The notes: generated by a model from the sequence alone, not told the origin. A stretch of DNA of 64,000 nt from Octopus sinensis (GCF_006345805.1 NC_042998.1:198958001-199022000), one strand, 5' to 3'; positions 43,995-57,782 are shown, counted from the first letter of the stretch. A program made the numbers and translations.

Positions 43995-44056
<62 letters not shown>

Positions 44057-44059
44057 TAG

Positions 44060-44219
44060 TATGTGACAATTATTCGGTAGCCAAGATAAAACTCTGAGTT
44101 TCGGATGCCGAGGTGGAAATCCACACCACCATCTCTTCAGTTATCCAGTCATTAGCGTTTTTCCACCTCGGCATCCGAAAATCAGAGTTTTATCATGGCT
44201 ACCGAATAATTGTCACATA
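44060..44219. repeat. Foldback (60 bp arms, ~39 bp spacer) overlapping a hammerhead motif
   Basis: 44060-44119 is the reverse complement of 44159-44219 with a few mismatches. Confidence 0.9.
44084..44146 (-). ncRNA. Type I hammerhead-like motif
   Basis: GAUAA-CUGAAGA-stem II-GAAA-CUCAGAG-UU-UUAUC on the minus strand. Confidence 0.55.
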
Positions 44220-44302
44220 TTTTTACAGATAAATTCCTCTATTTACATAATATTGAGGTCTCTTTCATTCTTTTGTTATCTTACCGTTTTTACCAACATA
44301 TA

Positions 44303-44361
<59 letters not shown>

Positions 44362-44463
44362 GATAGACCAAGGTAGTATAATCTAAGTTCATCTAAGCGA
44401 GTTAATTGATCACTAGGGCGCACAGCAATCCAACAGGCGGTAGGTTGTTTGATTTTATAACTG

Positions 44464-44810
44464 TATACGAGTGTCGGCTGAAAGGTTCATAGATACTCTT
44501 TTGGTCTTGATAGCCTTTCATAACTGCCTCAGCAAATTGGCATCGTGCTCCTCATTGATGGTGAGGCCATTTTGATGGTACTCAATATGTACACTGCCTT
44601 TTGCATCCAAAGAACTGAGGCGATCACCTTCTCTGCAGATGAAACGACCTTGGCCTTCTTTGGAGCAGATGAGGAGGGGTTTCAACTGCATGGATTGTAT
44701 CTTTGTCCCTGGCTCAAAGCGACGAACGCAATACTCATCCTGACTTAAGAAAAGTTCAAGGAAAGAAAGAAAGAAACGGAACACGACTAACTTTCGAGTA
44801 GTTATACACA
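44464..44810 (-). pseudogene. Mariner transposase fragment with one TIR
   Basis: QDEYCVRRFEPGTKIQSMQ..DAKG..TIN..ANLLRQL*KAIKTKR; TIR-like TATACGAGTGTCGGCTGAAAGGTTCATAG at ~44464-44492. Confidence 0.85.
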
Positions 44811-44825
44811 TACAGGGATTAAATC

Positions 44826-45253
44826 TAACTAGTGTTGTACTTTGGTCTCAAGCATTTGTCTTATGAAGAAAGGCTGAAGACGCTCGACCTTTATTCTCTC
44901 GAAAAACGACGACGCCGTGGTGATCTCATTCTCGCTCACAACATCATAAACGGAAAGTGTAACCTCTCGAAAGAGCTGTTCTTCACTCCTGCTCCTGAGC
45001 GTCGGCTGAGAGGTCATTCCGAAAAGCTCTATCTGCGACGATTTCATCTCAATCGAAGGAGAGGGGCTTTCTCCATTCGGGTTGCGGATCCGTGGAATAA
45101 GATGGTGAAGATACCGACGACCGCTCGATTCAAAGTCTCCCTTGACCACAAGTGGCCTGAACTCTTTACATGAACACCACCCTGTACATAACTCCATGTC
45201 CCCCTACATGGCCTTGCTTTTTGCTTTTTGAGCCAAAAAATTAACTAACTAAC
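44826..45253 (+). mobile_element. CR1-like LINE 3' fragment (ORF2 C-terminus + 3'UTR)
   Basis: LSYEERLKTLDLYSLEKRRRRGDLI..LRGHSEKL..RRGAFSIRV..WN. Confidence 0.92.
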
Positions 45254-45952
45254 ATATGCGTTTGCTCCGGCCATGTTGTTTTTGTTCCACTCTGCCTGAA
45301 GGTAATTTTCACAAAATTTCTTGACGCTAACCCGCAGCAAATTTGGCAAATAAATAAAACACAAACTCTATGAATGTGCGACCGATATTTACATTAATAG
45401 AGCTGCTGTTAATTCGTAATTTAATTATCTATTTATCTATCTATCTACACACACACACACATACATTTATATATATTTGATTATTTGTATGCTTTAATTA
45501 TGCTGAATATGTTGATGTTCGTAATATGCAAGTCCGTGATCTGCCAACCGGCTACAACGTGAATATTGAAACAGTGATTGACTTATTTTTTCTAAGTCTC
45601 TTTAACATTAACAAAAGTAGTGGTCCTGTCTTCTGTGTCGAAACCACGATGACAACCGTCAGGTAGCAGATGAGAGAAATTATCTGGTTGTGTTAAACTG
45701 GATTTCGTTCTGTAGTTATATCTCTACTTGTTGTTAATGCCCGTTGAACTGCTTTCGTGTTGTTTGAATTTTGCTTTGTTTTCGTGTGTGTCACCGGTAT
45801 ATACATATTCTGAGGTCATTTCTAATCTAAACGAGTTAGTTATACGGTTAGATATAATTTTATTCATACAGTATGTAAATAATGGTAGTTCAGCATGCTC
45901 AGTTTGTGATTATAAGGCGAATATCAAACATGTGCATGTATGTGTATTTGTG

Positions 45953-45984
<32 letters not shown>

Positions 45985-46044
45985 TGCGTGTGTGCGCGCG
46001 CGCGCATTTGCGTGTGTGATTGTATGCATGTATATTGCATTGGG

Positions 46045-46478
46045 TGCAAATTTTGGTACAAGGCCAGCAGTCTCTTATTCTATCGAACCCGCAAGGATGA
46101 AAGGCAAAGTCTACTCCGGCGGCATTTGAACTCAGAACGTCAAGTTGGAAGAAATGCTGCTAAGCATTTTGTCCGGCGCAGTGACAATTCTGACACATCG
46201 CCGCCTCTGTCGTGTCTTGCCCTTACCTTCGAAACACGGAGTAGTCGAAACAGAGGCAACTGAAGAAGGGGAATCTTCCTTGTGTTGTATGTCTTGTACT
46301 CTGATTTTCGTTGTTTGAAAAAGTCTGTTTCCATGTTTTTGTTTTTATGTTTTCGTTTCGCATTGTGTTCGACGTTTTTTTGGTGTCCTGTACCCATATA
46401 TGCATGTATATATACATATAGATGTAGGTATGTACATATATGTATATATATATGCATATGTTCTATTTAAGATTTTGT

Positions 46479-46521
<43 letters not shown>

Positions 46522-46635
46522 GACATAAAGCGGCGAGGTGTCAGAATTGTTATTGCGCCGGACAAAATGCTTAGCAGCATTTCTTCCGACTTGACGTTCT
46601 GAGTTCAAATGCCGCCGGAGTCGACTTTACCTTTC
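46045..46635. mobile_element. Head-to-head pair of SINE C copies (46045-46210 minus, 46525-46635 plus)
   Basis: Both carry the same non-consensus head variants. Confidence 0.85.
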
Positions 46636-47574
46636 ATACTATATGTATGCATGTATGTATGTTTGTATGTATGTATGTATGTATGTATGTATGTATGTAT
46701 GTATGTATGTGTGTATGTATGTATGTATGTATGTATGTATGTATGTGTGTATGTATGTATGTATGTATGTATGTATGTATGTATGTGTGTATGTATGTAT
46801 GTATGTATGTATGTATGTATGTGTGTATGTATGTATGTATGTATGTATGTATTTTAGAGCACAGTGTATTTTTAGGAATTAAAAGTATGTTTGTCTTATA
46901 TTCCTGACATTGAAACAGAATCCTGTTATTTATAACATTATATTAAACGTGTGACAGCAGACATAAATCATCGATAGGTGGAGAATATATTTTCTGATGC
47001 TGTGATTATATTGGAACACAATCGTTTTATAATTTATTCTGTATATCATTTTTTAGTCGAATTTATACATCCTACAACAGCATTTGCTCGAGCAATGACC
47101 GAGCGAGTTAATAACGTTATGAGGCGAAAGTAATAGAAAGTTAATTGCAGTTATCTCATTGGTCATTTCAGCTCCAACGTCACATGCCTTTCGGTGTTAA
47201 GTGGTAGGTTGATAAGAGACTAGGTTGTTTGTTTATCTAAGTTTCAGGAAACGGGCGCTGCTACGTGGGGGAAACGACAAGTCATAAATGTGTAAGATGG
47301 AGAGGACGATGGATGAAGTGGTATCGAGGGAGAAAGACTAAAACACCGTGTTTGTATTATCTGGTCTGTAGTGAACGGATGGAAGGATGAGAGTGGGTAT
47401 TTTAAATAGAGATAGAGTGCGTGAAAGAGAAACAGAGAGAGAGAGAGAGAGAGAGAGAATGGAGAGTTGTGTGAAAAAGAGATTGTGAGAAATAAAAGAA
47501 TTTAAAAGAGAGAATAGTTTGTGTAAAAAAAGAATGCCTGAGGGACTGGGAGAGACAGCTCGATGTTTAAACAA

Positions 47575-47923
47575 TGGATCTATTCCATCTCAATCCCAGA
47601 TTTTTTTAATTATTTCTTTTAACTAAACAGTTTGAAACTTGGAATACTGGTAGAATTTCTCACGTAGAACACGGTTTACTCTGAACGTTTTTGACAAAAT
47701 TTCGCATTTTAGATGTTATTTCGTGTTAAAGTTGTATTTTGGTTGAAATTACTCGAATACGACAACTTTAACACAAAATAACTTCTAAAGTACGAAACTT
47801 TGTCCAAAACGTTCCGAGTAAACCGCGTTCTAGGTGAGAAATTCTACCAGTATTCGAAGTTTCAGACTGTTTAGTTTTTAAAAAATTAATTAAAAAGTCC
47901 GTGATTGGGATGGAATAGATCCA
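47575..47923. mobile_element. Foldback MITE-like element, ~165 bp arms
   Basis: TGGATCTATTCCATC...GATGGAATAGATCCA termini; arms complementary almost to the centre; possible 3 bp TSD CAA. Confidence 0.85.
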
Positions 47924-48115
47924 CAATTTAGCGATTAGAGTAAAAAAAAAAAAAAATGGATATTTTGTGTTGAGTGGCAGAGTGATTAATATACCAGTGA
48001 GTTATCTGGGAGGTGAAGGATTCATAACAGGCACTGGGCTGTGTCCGCTATCTTCATAAGTTTGAAACAGAGCCATCAATTTGCTTTAAATAGGTGCCAC
48101 AAAGGAAGGATAATA

Positions 48116-48499
48116 GGAGCACTCCGTCGGTTGCGACGATAAGGGTCCCAGCTGATACGATCAACGGAACAGCTTGCTCGTGATATTAACGTGCAAGTAG
48201 CTGAGCACTCCACAGACACGTGTACCCTTAACGTAGTTCTCGAGGAGATTCAGCATGACACACAGAATGTGACAAGGCTGGCCCCTTGAAATACAGGTAC
48301 AAGAGAAACAGGAAGAAAGAGCGAGAGAAAGTTGTGGTGAAAGAGTACAGCAGGGTTCACCACCACCCCCTGCCGGAGCCTCGTGGAGCTTTAGGTGTTT
48401 TCGCTCAATAAACACTCACAATGCCCGGTCTGGGAATCGAAACCGCGATCCTCCGACTGCGAGTCCGCTGCCCTAACAACTGGGCCATTGCGCCTCCAC
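48116..48499 (-). mobile_element. Full-length SINE family A
   Basis: TSD GGAAGGATAAT on both sides. Confidence 0.92.
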
Positions 48500-48904
48500 G
48501 GAAGGATAATGAAAGTAGATAACACAGTTAACTTACAATGTACGTGATGCACTCGAGAAATTTTGAAACTTTTTACGAGAGGCAGTTATGACTGTCCTAG
48601 GTTATCGTTATTTTAATATATCATTACTATGCGTCTAATAAACTGGCCTACCAACTTTTATCGCAGAATGAAGACGGCTATAACAGCACTGTGAACACAT
48701 CCTGCTGAACACTGCTTGCCACAGCTGACTAGTTTGTAGAGTATGGTCGGGACGTGGAAACAGTATGGAAGATCGCTATGCAATAAGAATAAGTACCAGA
48801 TTTTAAAAAAACATAATTACTGGGGTCGATAGGTTCGACTAAAAATTCTTCAAGGCGATGCCCCAGCATGGCCGCAGTCTAATGACTGAAACAAACAAAA
48901 GCTA

Positions 48905-48970
<66 letters not shown>

Positions 48971-49085
48971 TGTGGAAAAATAAAATGATAACTTTTTTTT
49001 AAATATTTCTATTGTATTCAAATGCAAGGGGTATTTTCCTTGTTTCTGCTGGTTTCTGTCTTCTTTTGTTACTCTTGTGGGTTCG

Positions 49086-49130
<45 letters not shown>

Positions 49131-50241
49131 ATATATATAATATATGTATGTAAAAATATATTATGTATATTATATATACACTATATATATGCATGTATAT
49201 ATTATATATATATATGCATGTATATTTGAACATAGATATACAGAAGTCTATAAATATATATATATATATTTAACAATTAAGGATAACTTCTTAATAAGGA
49301 ATCTTAACAAGAAATTATCAGGTAGATAGCGTGAAAAACCTCATAAGAGAAAAAATTCGAAAATAATTTTTTCCTTTGAACATATTAATTTATATTATAT
49401 AGAGGGCATTATTACAGATAAATGCCTCACACAAAGAGGGACATAAGTCATTTCTACCAAAAATTTCACTAATCATACCCAATGCAGTTTTTCAAAGCAA
49501 GACATTTAAAAAATGAATTTAGTCCTATATCACCTGTGATTTCGCACTCACCGCATAAAATTTTGCGTCCATGCTCATCGGTAGAACTGATTCTGAACAC
49601 ATCATAAATAAACTACCAGCACTGTCGAAGTCGAACAGCCAACTGCTCTTTCTAACGAAGCACATGGAGAAGTTTATAAATCATATATCCGGTAAATGGC
49701 GGGCTTTTTCGAACAGCATTTCGGATAGGAAATATATATATATGCATAGGTAACCAGAAATGGTTCTGAGGAAAGTACCATAAATTTTCTTAGATCGTTC
49801 AATTTTCCTCAACTCACCAATAGACCATTGGGCAAACCTATTGGTAATGTACCTATAAGGACTATTGGAAACAGCTGTAAAGCAAATTTGCTCCGACAAA
49901 GGAGAAATATGTAATGACCATTATTTTTAATTTGCTTCTTATTTATTACCCTCCGTAAAAATCAATTGGTCTGAGCCCATCCACGGATTTACAATATAAA
50001 ATTGTGATGAACCATAACCTTGGATACTACCAATAGATTACCTGAGTTCTTCTCATAGTTCTTTTAAATAGCATTGTTACCCTGGTGTGCCAACAGAGAG
50101 CTTATGAAGTATTTTGCCCGGATTGATAATCTCTCGCTATTTGTTCTGTTATAGGCATACATATAAAGATATACACATAAACACACACATTCACACATAA
50201 ATATACGTGAATATGACGTTTTTGTGAATATGTATATACGA

Positions 50242-50529
50242 CTAACAGTATCGCCCGGCGTTGCTCGGGTTTGTAAGGGAAATAACTATATAAGCATTTT
50301 TAGAGAGTTATAGCCAAAAGATAGCAAAAAATGCATTAAAAATGGAAAAAAAATGATGGTAATATTTTTTTTTAATCGTAGACGCGCGCTAATACCCAGA
50401 AGGGCTCGATATGAATCACGACTATAAGATACCCGGTTTTGGTTAAACTGCACCGCAAAATGTGGGAGTAGTTAGGAATCTAAATCATAGGAGACAGACA
50501 GCACACAACCTCTCTTTTATATATAAAGA
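50242..50529 (-). mobile_element. Non-autonomous Helitron (shorter relative of 26137-26648)
   Basis: Same 3' hairpin and subterminal blocks; 5' TCTTTATATATAAAA; 3' TTAG. Confidence 0.8.
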
Positions 50530-51689
50530 TATCTTTGTCAGTATTAACGAATGACATGCCATTTTTTTTTCTAATCAATTAGCATTATGCGTTGTCAAAG
50601 TTTTGTTTTATTTTATCATGAAACTTTTTAGCTTTAGAAATTTTTAATTGTCTGAGTATCGCTTAACAAACGGTTCGTTCAACGTCAGTCCTTCGGAATC
50701 TACTTTAATTGTTTTTGAATTTTAATTACTCTTTAACGGTACATTTGACTCCACTCAGAATATTTGTCAACTAGTTTAATTCTGAAAACACGGAAAACGA
50801 TCATTCATATAACTTGCATAAAACTGAGTTAACAATTCATTTTATTGACTAAAAAATTTTGTTCAAGTAGTTGATGATTAAAAATGTTTCTTCACGTCTG
50901 ACACATATATATTAGTTGACATAAACCTTTACCTCGTTTAATGTAACTACCTGTCTGAAAATACTTTTAGTGCCGCCAGTCATGTCGCTAAGGTTAACCT
51001 CCTTCCTTCCTTCCACTATTTCCAGAAGATCTGGTAATGAGATCAGAGGTGCTGCTCCCACTTCTCTCTAAATAATATACAAGAAGTACTCCAATGAGTA
51101 AAGTATATTCATCGAACTGAAATGATTTTTTAAAAAAATCATTTACATAATTTAGCTTCTATAACCATGTACATTATTTTGTTCTGTATGCACCCCATTT
51201 AGACTACCGGTGTCTTGATTTTCCCTTGTCACGTGCGCTGTTTTGACTAATCAGAATCTTGTAGACTGTTGAACAGTAAACGCACAGTGGAATCTATTCT
51301 TTTTTTCTCGACTTGACACCATTTCCTCGTCTCAGGCCAGTCTATCTCTCCTTCGGACTTTTTTTACTTTAACAGCAGTTATGCATCAGCTATATTTCAC
51401 GTATGGCATTCTACTTTGATATCAGTTAACTTCCCCCTCAGCATAACCTCGATGGAATTCCGTCAGTAAGTATGGATATGTTTAACTTAATTTTTCCGAT
51501 AACTATGTATCTGTCTCCATGCATTTAACGTTGCAACACAAACCCTCTCATTAGAAGAAAATATCTCTGTACTTTATCTATAAAATATTTGCAGCAAAAA
51601 TCATCTGACTTTATATTTTCACAACACATACATGCAAATTAATAGCTTTTTCAAATTAATAGCTTTTTCAAATTAATATCTATTGCAAA

Positions 51690-52124
51690 TTAATAGCTTT
51701 TTCTTTTATCTTTTACTGATTTCAGCCAGAGGTTGAGGCCATACTGGGACACTGCCTTTACAAACGCAAAGATCTCACCGAGAGGTTTAGTTTTAAATTT
51801 ATCCTTTATTCCAAAACTACGTTCTATGCAATTACTGTTTATGATACCAGCAAAATCTGCCAAGATCTCTTCCCGCCGCTGTTGATTAGGAAAATATTGG
51901 TAAATATACAAGCAACTTTTCTTGTAATATTTATGATCTAACTCTTTAATATTTCCAACAGTTCTATAAGATATAGCAATAAAACAGGTGCGATGAATTC
52001 CCATAGGAATATTTGCTCTTTGAAAATATCCGATGGAATGTTTGAAGATTATCGAAATGTGTTTTAAAATTCTTCTAGAAATTCCAAAAGATCGTTTTAA
52101 CAGTGCAGCGATAAATCGTTCTCC
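51690..52124 (-). other. Unidentified ~144-codon open frame in non-repetitive AT-rich DNA
   Basis: ORF 51690-52004 stays open 40 more codons upstream; the same frame continues through isolated stops; no family recognised. Confidence 0.35.
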
Positions 52125-52635
52125 TCAGCGTATAATTAACTTTTGTGCATTCAAGAAGACAAGAAGATGAAAGGAAAGTTGCAAGAATAGATTTCATAGT
52201 TTGGCAACGTTCCAGTCTTTGGCAGCATGAATAATGATTTTATTACATCGGTAGTTTCCATAATCAATATCTAGAGCTGACCAAATTAGTCTAACCTGAA
52301 AATCTCAACTAACCACATCGTTTTTCTCCTGCAGCAACAAATTCAACCTTCAAATCTAATCTTCAGGTGATATATGATTTTAGTGTTTGCTTTTCGGTAT
52401 GTCTCTATGTGTCTATGTATGCATATATGCGTGCATGTATGTCCATGTATAACTCTGCCTGCATGTGTGTATTCGGTATGTAAATGTCTGTATGCAGTAT
52501 TCATGTGTATGTCTCTGCGTGTAAATGTGAATATACGTGTTTGTTTGTGTATATATATATATATATATATATTATTATATATAATATATATTATATATAT
52601 ATAATATATATAAAATATATATATATATATTATAT

Positions 52636-53052
52636 ATTTCCTTATTGCCCACAAGGAGCTAAACATAGAGGGGAGAAACAAGGATAGACAAATGGGTTAA
52701 GTCGATTACATCGACCCCAGTGCGAAACTGGTACTTTTATTTATCGACCCCGTTAGGATCAAAGCAAAGTCGACCTCGGCGGAATATGAACTCAGAACGT
52801 AACGACAGACGAAATACCTGTTTCTTTATTGCCCACGAGGGGCTAAACATAGAGGAGACAAACAAGGACAAACAAACGGATTAAGTCGATTACATCGACC
52901 CCAGTGCGTATCTGGTACTTAATTTATCGACCCCGAAAGGATGAAAGGCAAAGTCGACCTCGGCGGAATTTGAACTCGGAACGTAAATACAGACGAAATG
53001 CCGTTAAGCATTTCGCCCAGTGTGCTAACGTTTCTGCCAGCTCACCGCCTTA
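52636..53052 (-). mobile_element. SINE family C dimer
   Basis: Junction GAAATACCTGTTTC at ~52811-52824. Confidence 0.88.
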
Positions 53053-53512
53053 CAGCATTATATATATATATCCAGTCTAAGGAGAAAAAGAGAACTGTAC
53101 ATAAAATTAATGCTGCACTTAGTAATGCAACTATCTGCAGTGTGTATCGATGTATATGATATTTATGATGTTTATCTATGTTAGTTTAACCTAATTCTTT
53201 CAATTACTCCTCCCTGAATACCTTTTACCAATGTTTCTAAATTTAATTATTTTGAAACTTTCTCAGCTTCCTTCCAATCAATTTTCTTGCCACAAGTGAT
53301 TTATATATCGATAAAGAGAGCAGCCCTTTCTAACTTCAATGTCTAAAACTCATTGCTTTGTAAGATTTTTTTTTTACTTCTCTTTCCGGGATTTGTTTGT
53401 TTTCAGTCAATATTTATAGAGGCTTCTGTCTATACTGATCGAAGTGTTTAACACATTTCGTTTTTGGATTTGGTATGCAAGATTCTTTATATGAGTTCGT
53501 GTGTTGAAGCAT

Positions 53513-53738
53513 ATTCTATTGTGTCTGGGGAGAGTCATTCTCTTTTTTTGCCTTATAATGTAACACACTCACCAGTAAAATGTCCACCTTTTTTTTCTTA
53601 TTTTTATTGTCCTAAATTTTCGTTGCAAGAAGCAACGAAAATTTTAGGGAAATAAAAATAGGAAACAATGGAAATTTTACCGGTGTGTTACATTATAAGG
53701 CACAAAAAGAAAATGACTCTCCCCAGACACAATAGAAT
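53513..53738. mobile_element. Foldback MITE-like element
   Basis: ATTCTATTGTGTCTGGGGAGAGTCATT termini; inner hairpin ..TTTTCGTTGC-AAGAA-GCAACGAAAA.. Confidence 0.85.
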
Positions 53739-54559
53739 GTTTAACGCATTTTTCTGTGAATAATCTATTTAATCAGTCATACTTATAAATTGTAGCATAA
53801 TGTAGTGAAGTCAGGACTATTTATGACAAAGTAGTCAATTTTTCTTATTGTTCACTAAATAATCTACATTTGCTACATTAGTTGGTCACATTCATAGTTA
53901 GATGGTTGGTTCTCAGAGTCGTTAGAATAGAGCACAAGGTCCCTTGCGATATTTGTTCCAGCTCTCTGCGTTCTTAGCTCAAATACCACAGAGGTCGATT
54001 AAATAAATTCCCAGTATATGCTAGTATATTGGTAGAATTGTAAATGATCGCCGGACGAGATGCTTTACATAATTTGTTCCGGTTTTTGCACTCTCAATTC
54101 TTGGGTTGTCGGCCCAATTTATCACCAGGTTTAAAATGTTATCAAATCATTGGATACTTTTGTCGGAATCCAATCTTTTGCTAGGATTTTGGGCCTGGTC
54201 TCCAATTAAAGGACACCTTCTTCCCTATCTCCCACTAATTTCGGAAGTTCTAAACAAATAAAGGGTTCATATGCGCTGCTCTTCCTTCTGTTAGTGTTAA
54301 TAAAAGCTAGTTAAGTGTATGCAAATTCCTGTTTTTACTTCAATTATAAAACCATTTGGCTTAACTACTTTCTTTTTCATTTATTTTATATTTATCTAAT
54401 TCAACTTGCTTACTACATCAAGTATGGTAACATCCACTTTGTTAAAGTAAGAAAACGCTTACTTTACTAATAGTATTTTCTGTTAAATTCGTCTATGGAT
54501 ATTTACTCAAGTTTTAAACTATCATGCCTATCTGAAAAATCTGTCTTCTTTAATCATTC

Positions 54560-54945
54560 TAAGAATCTGGAAACCACACTGTGTTTCGTTGATGAAACAC
54601 CACAAAGTCACCTCCACTGCATTTTATAGTTATTTAATTCAAATTCCATCGTTGTCTTCCTCGTCTGAAGTAAATAACCTCAAAACTAACACCATCCTTT
54701 TCTGTTCAGTATGTCGTTTAAAGGCAGAAAAGTGGTGGAGAAAAAGAGTCTCCTTGAATGGAGATGGGTTTAGTTTTATAAGTCTCTCTTATGTTTGTAG
54801 CTGCAGAACTGCAGAACTCATGAAATGTATTATGAATCCTATTGCTGTGGATGCTACCTTGCTCATGGTTAGTTTCCAAGGTGCATATGCGGAGAATACT
54901 GTCAAAAGCCTTCCGAAATTTTATCCAAGCCATACATGGACCTTT
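54560..54945 (-). pseudogene. R4/Dong-like reverse transcriptase core fragment
   Basis: AWIKFRKAFDS...IQGDSFSPPLFCL. Confidence 0.75.
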
Positions 54946-54981
54946 CTTTTTCTTTCAGCAGTCTTCAGTTATAGCTTCTTC

Positions 54982-55237
54982 CATTCACTGATTCTAGCAG
55001 GAATGCCATTTGAATTGAAGAGACTTCAGTTTCCAGCAAGAGTTAGTTTTGCAAAATCAATTAACAAGGGTTAAAGACAATCATTGAAAATTTTTAGACT
55101 TCACCTCAGGCAGCAGTGTTTTTCCCATGGTCAGATCTTTGTTGGTTTGTTCCAGAGTTGGAAATGGCAACAATCTCTTCATAGTCACATCAAATGGTAA
55201 AACCAAGAACATTATTTATTCTGCTGATTTACAGTGA
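54982..55237 (+). pseudogene. Helitron RepHel PIF1-like helicase C-terminal fragment
   Basis: MPFELKRLQFPARVSFAKSINKG*RQSL..CFSHGQIFVG/CSRVG..GKTKNIIY; one stop, one frameshift. Confidence 0.88.
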
Positions 55238-55886
55238 TCCCCAAATGTCACACTGATGCAAAAAAAACTCCAAATGTGATACTCTGTGGTATAAATCTGA
55301 GATGATACGATACCAATAAATGTTTTATTATTTCTCACTTTAGTTTTGGGCCGCGGGTCCAATTTGCCCGCCACAGGAGCAAGCTTAGAAATCCGCCCGC
55401 AGTGCGACTTTTAAGGTAGTGTAATATAATAAAATAAAATAAAATAAAATAAAATAAAATAAAATAAAATAGATAAATAGACTGTCAGGCAAACAGACAA
55501 ACATAAACAGACGTGATAAAGTAGTATATGGGTTCTGTTTTTAACTTATTTTCCAGATAAAAATATATGGAAAATTAAATAACATTTTGATGAAATTTTT
55601 CTTCTTTGTCTCACAACTTTACCGCCATCTCCACCATCAACACGACCACCACTATCACCACTACCACCGACACCAACACCACAACCACCAACATAATCAT
55701 CATTATCATCATCATTACCACTACCTCATCCGTCCCCCATCTTCCTGCTCATCTTCATCATCATCTCCTCTGCCACTTCCATCCTATTACTACCAAACAC
55801 CAATAAAACCACCAGCTGCATCGCCACTTTCACCATAACACGCTCATCACGTTCACCATAACACCACCACTACAACCACCACTGTC

Positions 55887-55935
<49 letters not shown>

Positions 55936-56208
55936 ACAACAACAGCAACGTCTCATCATTCTCTCCACGTACGAGCCATTCCCTCTTCCCTCCTATATTC
56001 ATTGCTTGACCGTTATCACGTGTAGTGATCGACTATCTGTGTGGTCAGTCTTCGCTTTATTCACCTGACTGTCACGGTGTCTAACACGCACCAACTCACG
56101 AATCTTTCATATCTGTCCCTGCACACTTTACACAGCTACTGCCATCACACAGACAATAAATAATACATACGTATGCACACATATATGTATGTATGTATAT
56201 ATTTATAT

Positions 56209-56253
<45 letters not shown>

Positions 56254-56419
56254 CATACATATAATTATATATATATATATTAATTATATATATAAATGCA
56301 TATACATATATATGTATATATATATATATACATATTATATATATATACATGTATATATATATATACACATGTATATATATATATACACATATACCATATA
56401 TATACATATACACACTCAG

Positions 56420-56497
<78 letters not shown>

Positions 56498-57235
56498 ATG
56501 GGCACACTTTACTAACAAACATTCATTAGTTTTACTAAAATACACACACACAAACAAACACGGAGACATGCATTTACATGGAGAAATAAATTTCAGGAGA
56601 AATAAATTTTAAGCATCCCGTCCTCTTTCCCCTCACCACTTACACCACCAACACCAACACCACCACCACCACCACCACCACCACCACCATCCTCATCATA
56701 ACGCCATCAATATTTGCTCCTAGCATCATCACTATGATCATTACTACCGTTGTAGTCCCCACTCCTGTCACAGATCACCATAAACGCCTTAAACAACATC
56801 AACAACAATAGTAACAACATCAGCAACAACGACTGTGGAACAGAAACAGGAAGGAATCGCCGTACTGGCAGCCTTGAGATTCTATAAAGTTTGCTGGTTC
56901 TATGGCTTAACGGAAACTGCAATTGTGAGTGGGGTAAAGACGAAGATTGATGGAGAGAGAGAAACAGTAAAAAAAGAGATAAATGAAAGGAAGAAGGAAA
57001 AGCCAGGAAGAGAGAAGGAAGTAAAGAAAGGAAGCAAGATGAGGAAAAACAGAAATAATCTAAGGTAAAATAATTATAAGAAAAACAACAAAGGAAGACA
57101 AATAAATATGGACGATTGGCAAAGATTGAAATGAAATGAAACGGCGTGTTGTGAGAGAATGAGCAAGAACGCCATGTAATGACAATGAAATTAATGGTAG
57201 CAAAGAAGGAAGAGATATCGCTAAATTTCATGACA

Positions 57236-57243
57236 TTATGATG

Positions 57244-57289
<46 letters not shown>

Positions 57290-57348
57290 TAATAGTAATA
57301 ATAATGATAATAATGATAATAATGATGATGATAATAATGATGATAATA

Positions 57349-57422
<74 letters not shown>

Positions 57423-57486
57423 GGTGGTGGTGGTGGTGGTGGTGGTGGTTTTGGTGGTGGTTTTGGTGGTGATGATGATAATGATG

Positions 57487-57535
<49 letters not shown>

Positions 57536-57559
57536 TAATAATGATGATGATGACGATGA

Positions 57560-57593
<34 letters not shown>

Positions 57594-57711
57594 TGTTGTT
57601 TTGGTGGTGGTTATTTTGGTGGTGATGATGATGATGATGATAATAATAATAATAATAATAATAATAGTAATAATAATAATAATAGTAATAATAATAATAA
57701 TGATAATAATA

Positions 57712-57782
<71 letters not shown>

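Noticed and set aside
49560-50050. Short ORFs and a cluster of CCAAT/ATTGG words
   Set aside because: ORFs contain (TA)n and are under 75 aa; motif density is not clearly above chance in AT-rich DNA
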